A DNA stretch of 63,222 nt, filler included, from Deltaproteobacteria bacterium (GTDB lineage Bacteria > JACQOV01): the NCBI GenBank assembly GCA_016202395.1. It is 3 parts of 3 records of this genome, joined end to end, with 100 filler letters (N's around TTAATTAATTAA, not from the genome) between each part and the next. Parts side by side here need not be neighbours in the genome. Positions count along the whole stretch, not along the records: positions 54,820 to 63,222 come from JACQOV010000086.1; 2 more parts are not named here. The stretch is one strand, 5' to 3'. The stretch's first letter is position 1. Every line of letters starts with the position of its first letter. The notes beneath the pieces are model-generated. The model ran no database searches and was not told the origin of the DNA. It saw nothing but the letters and a program-made list of their open reading frames with translations. The position numbers were made by a program, and so were the translations under genes. Below are positions 63,161-63,222 of this stretch, in pieces.

Positions 63161-63212
63161 ATAGCAGATAGCGTTTAGCGTATAGTTTTTCTTGCCTAAA
63201 CGCTATACGCTA
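63161..63212. repeat. Inverted heptamer-repeat array
   Basis: ATAGCAG ATAGCGT TTAGCGT ATAG ... CTAAACG CTATACG CTA. Confidence 0.7.
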
Positions 63213-63222
63213 ACAAGATGAA

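Overview
Bacterial chromosomal DNA of moderate GC, Deltaproteobacteria-like in gene content and order. It is made of three contigs joined by artificial N/TTAATTAATTAA linkers (26004-26103, 54720-54819), so adjacency across the linkers is not guaranteed. Most of the window is housekeeping: folD-metF-gcvT-H-PA-PB, moeB, gdhA, xerC-hslVU-argBDFG-aminotransferase-serA-purA, purQLF-pyrE-LysM-dprA-topA, purMN, folC-ROK-meaB and tRNA-Gln(CTG). The non-routine content is: (i) an AT-rich DUF559 endonuclease gene inserted in the gcv operon and framed by ~44-bp hairpin-containing inverted repeats that also supply its RBS and stop codon; (ii) two families of long, non-coding hairpin elements (A and B), each present twice with compensatory base changes, plus a 125-bp MITE-like hairpin and a REP-like doublet; (iii) a RAYT-like Y1/HUH nuclease embedded in a housekeeping operon without flanking REPs; (iv) a membrane-anchored 'mini-RHS' protein lacking the YD barrel; (v) a sigma54-promoted thrombospondin-3 repeat lipoprotein with a three-unit insert domain I cannot assign; (vi) an MNT-HEPN toxin-antitoxin pair splitting a ycbB/ycbK-like pair; and (vii) a probable IS1202-like end at the window start. 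All calls come from reading motifs by eye; no database search was run.
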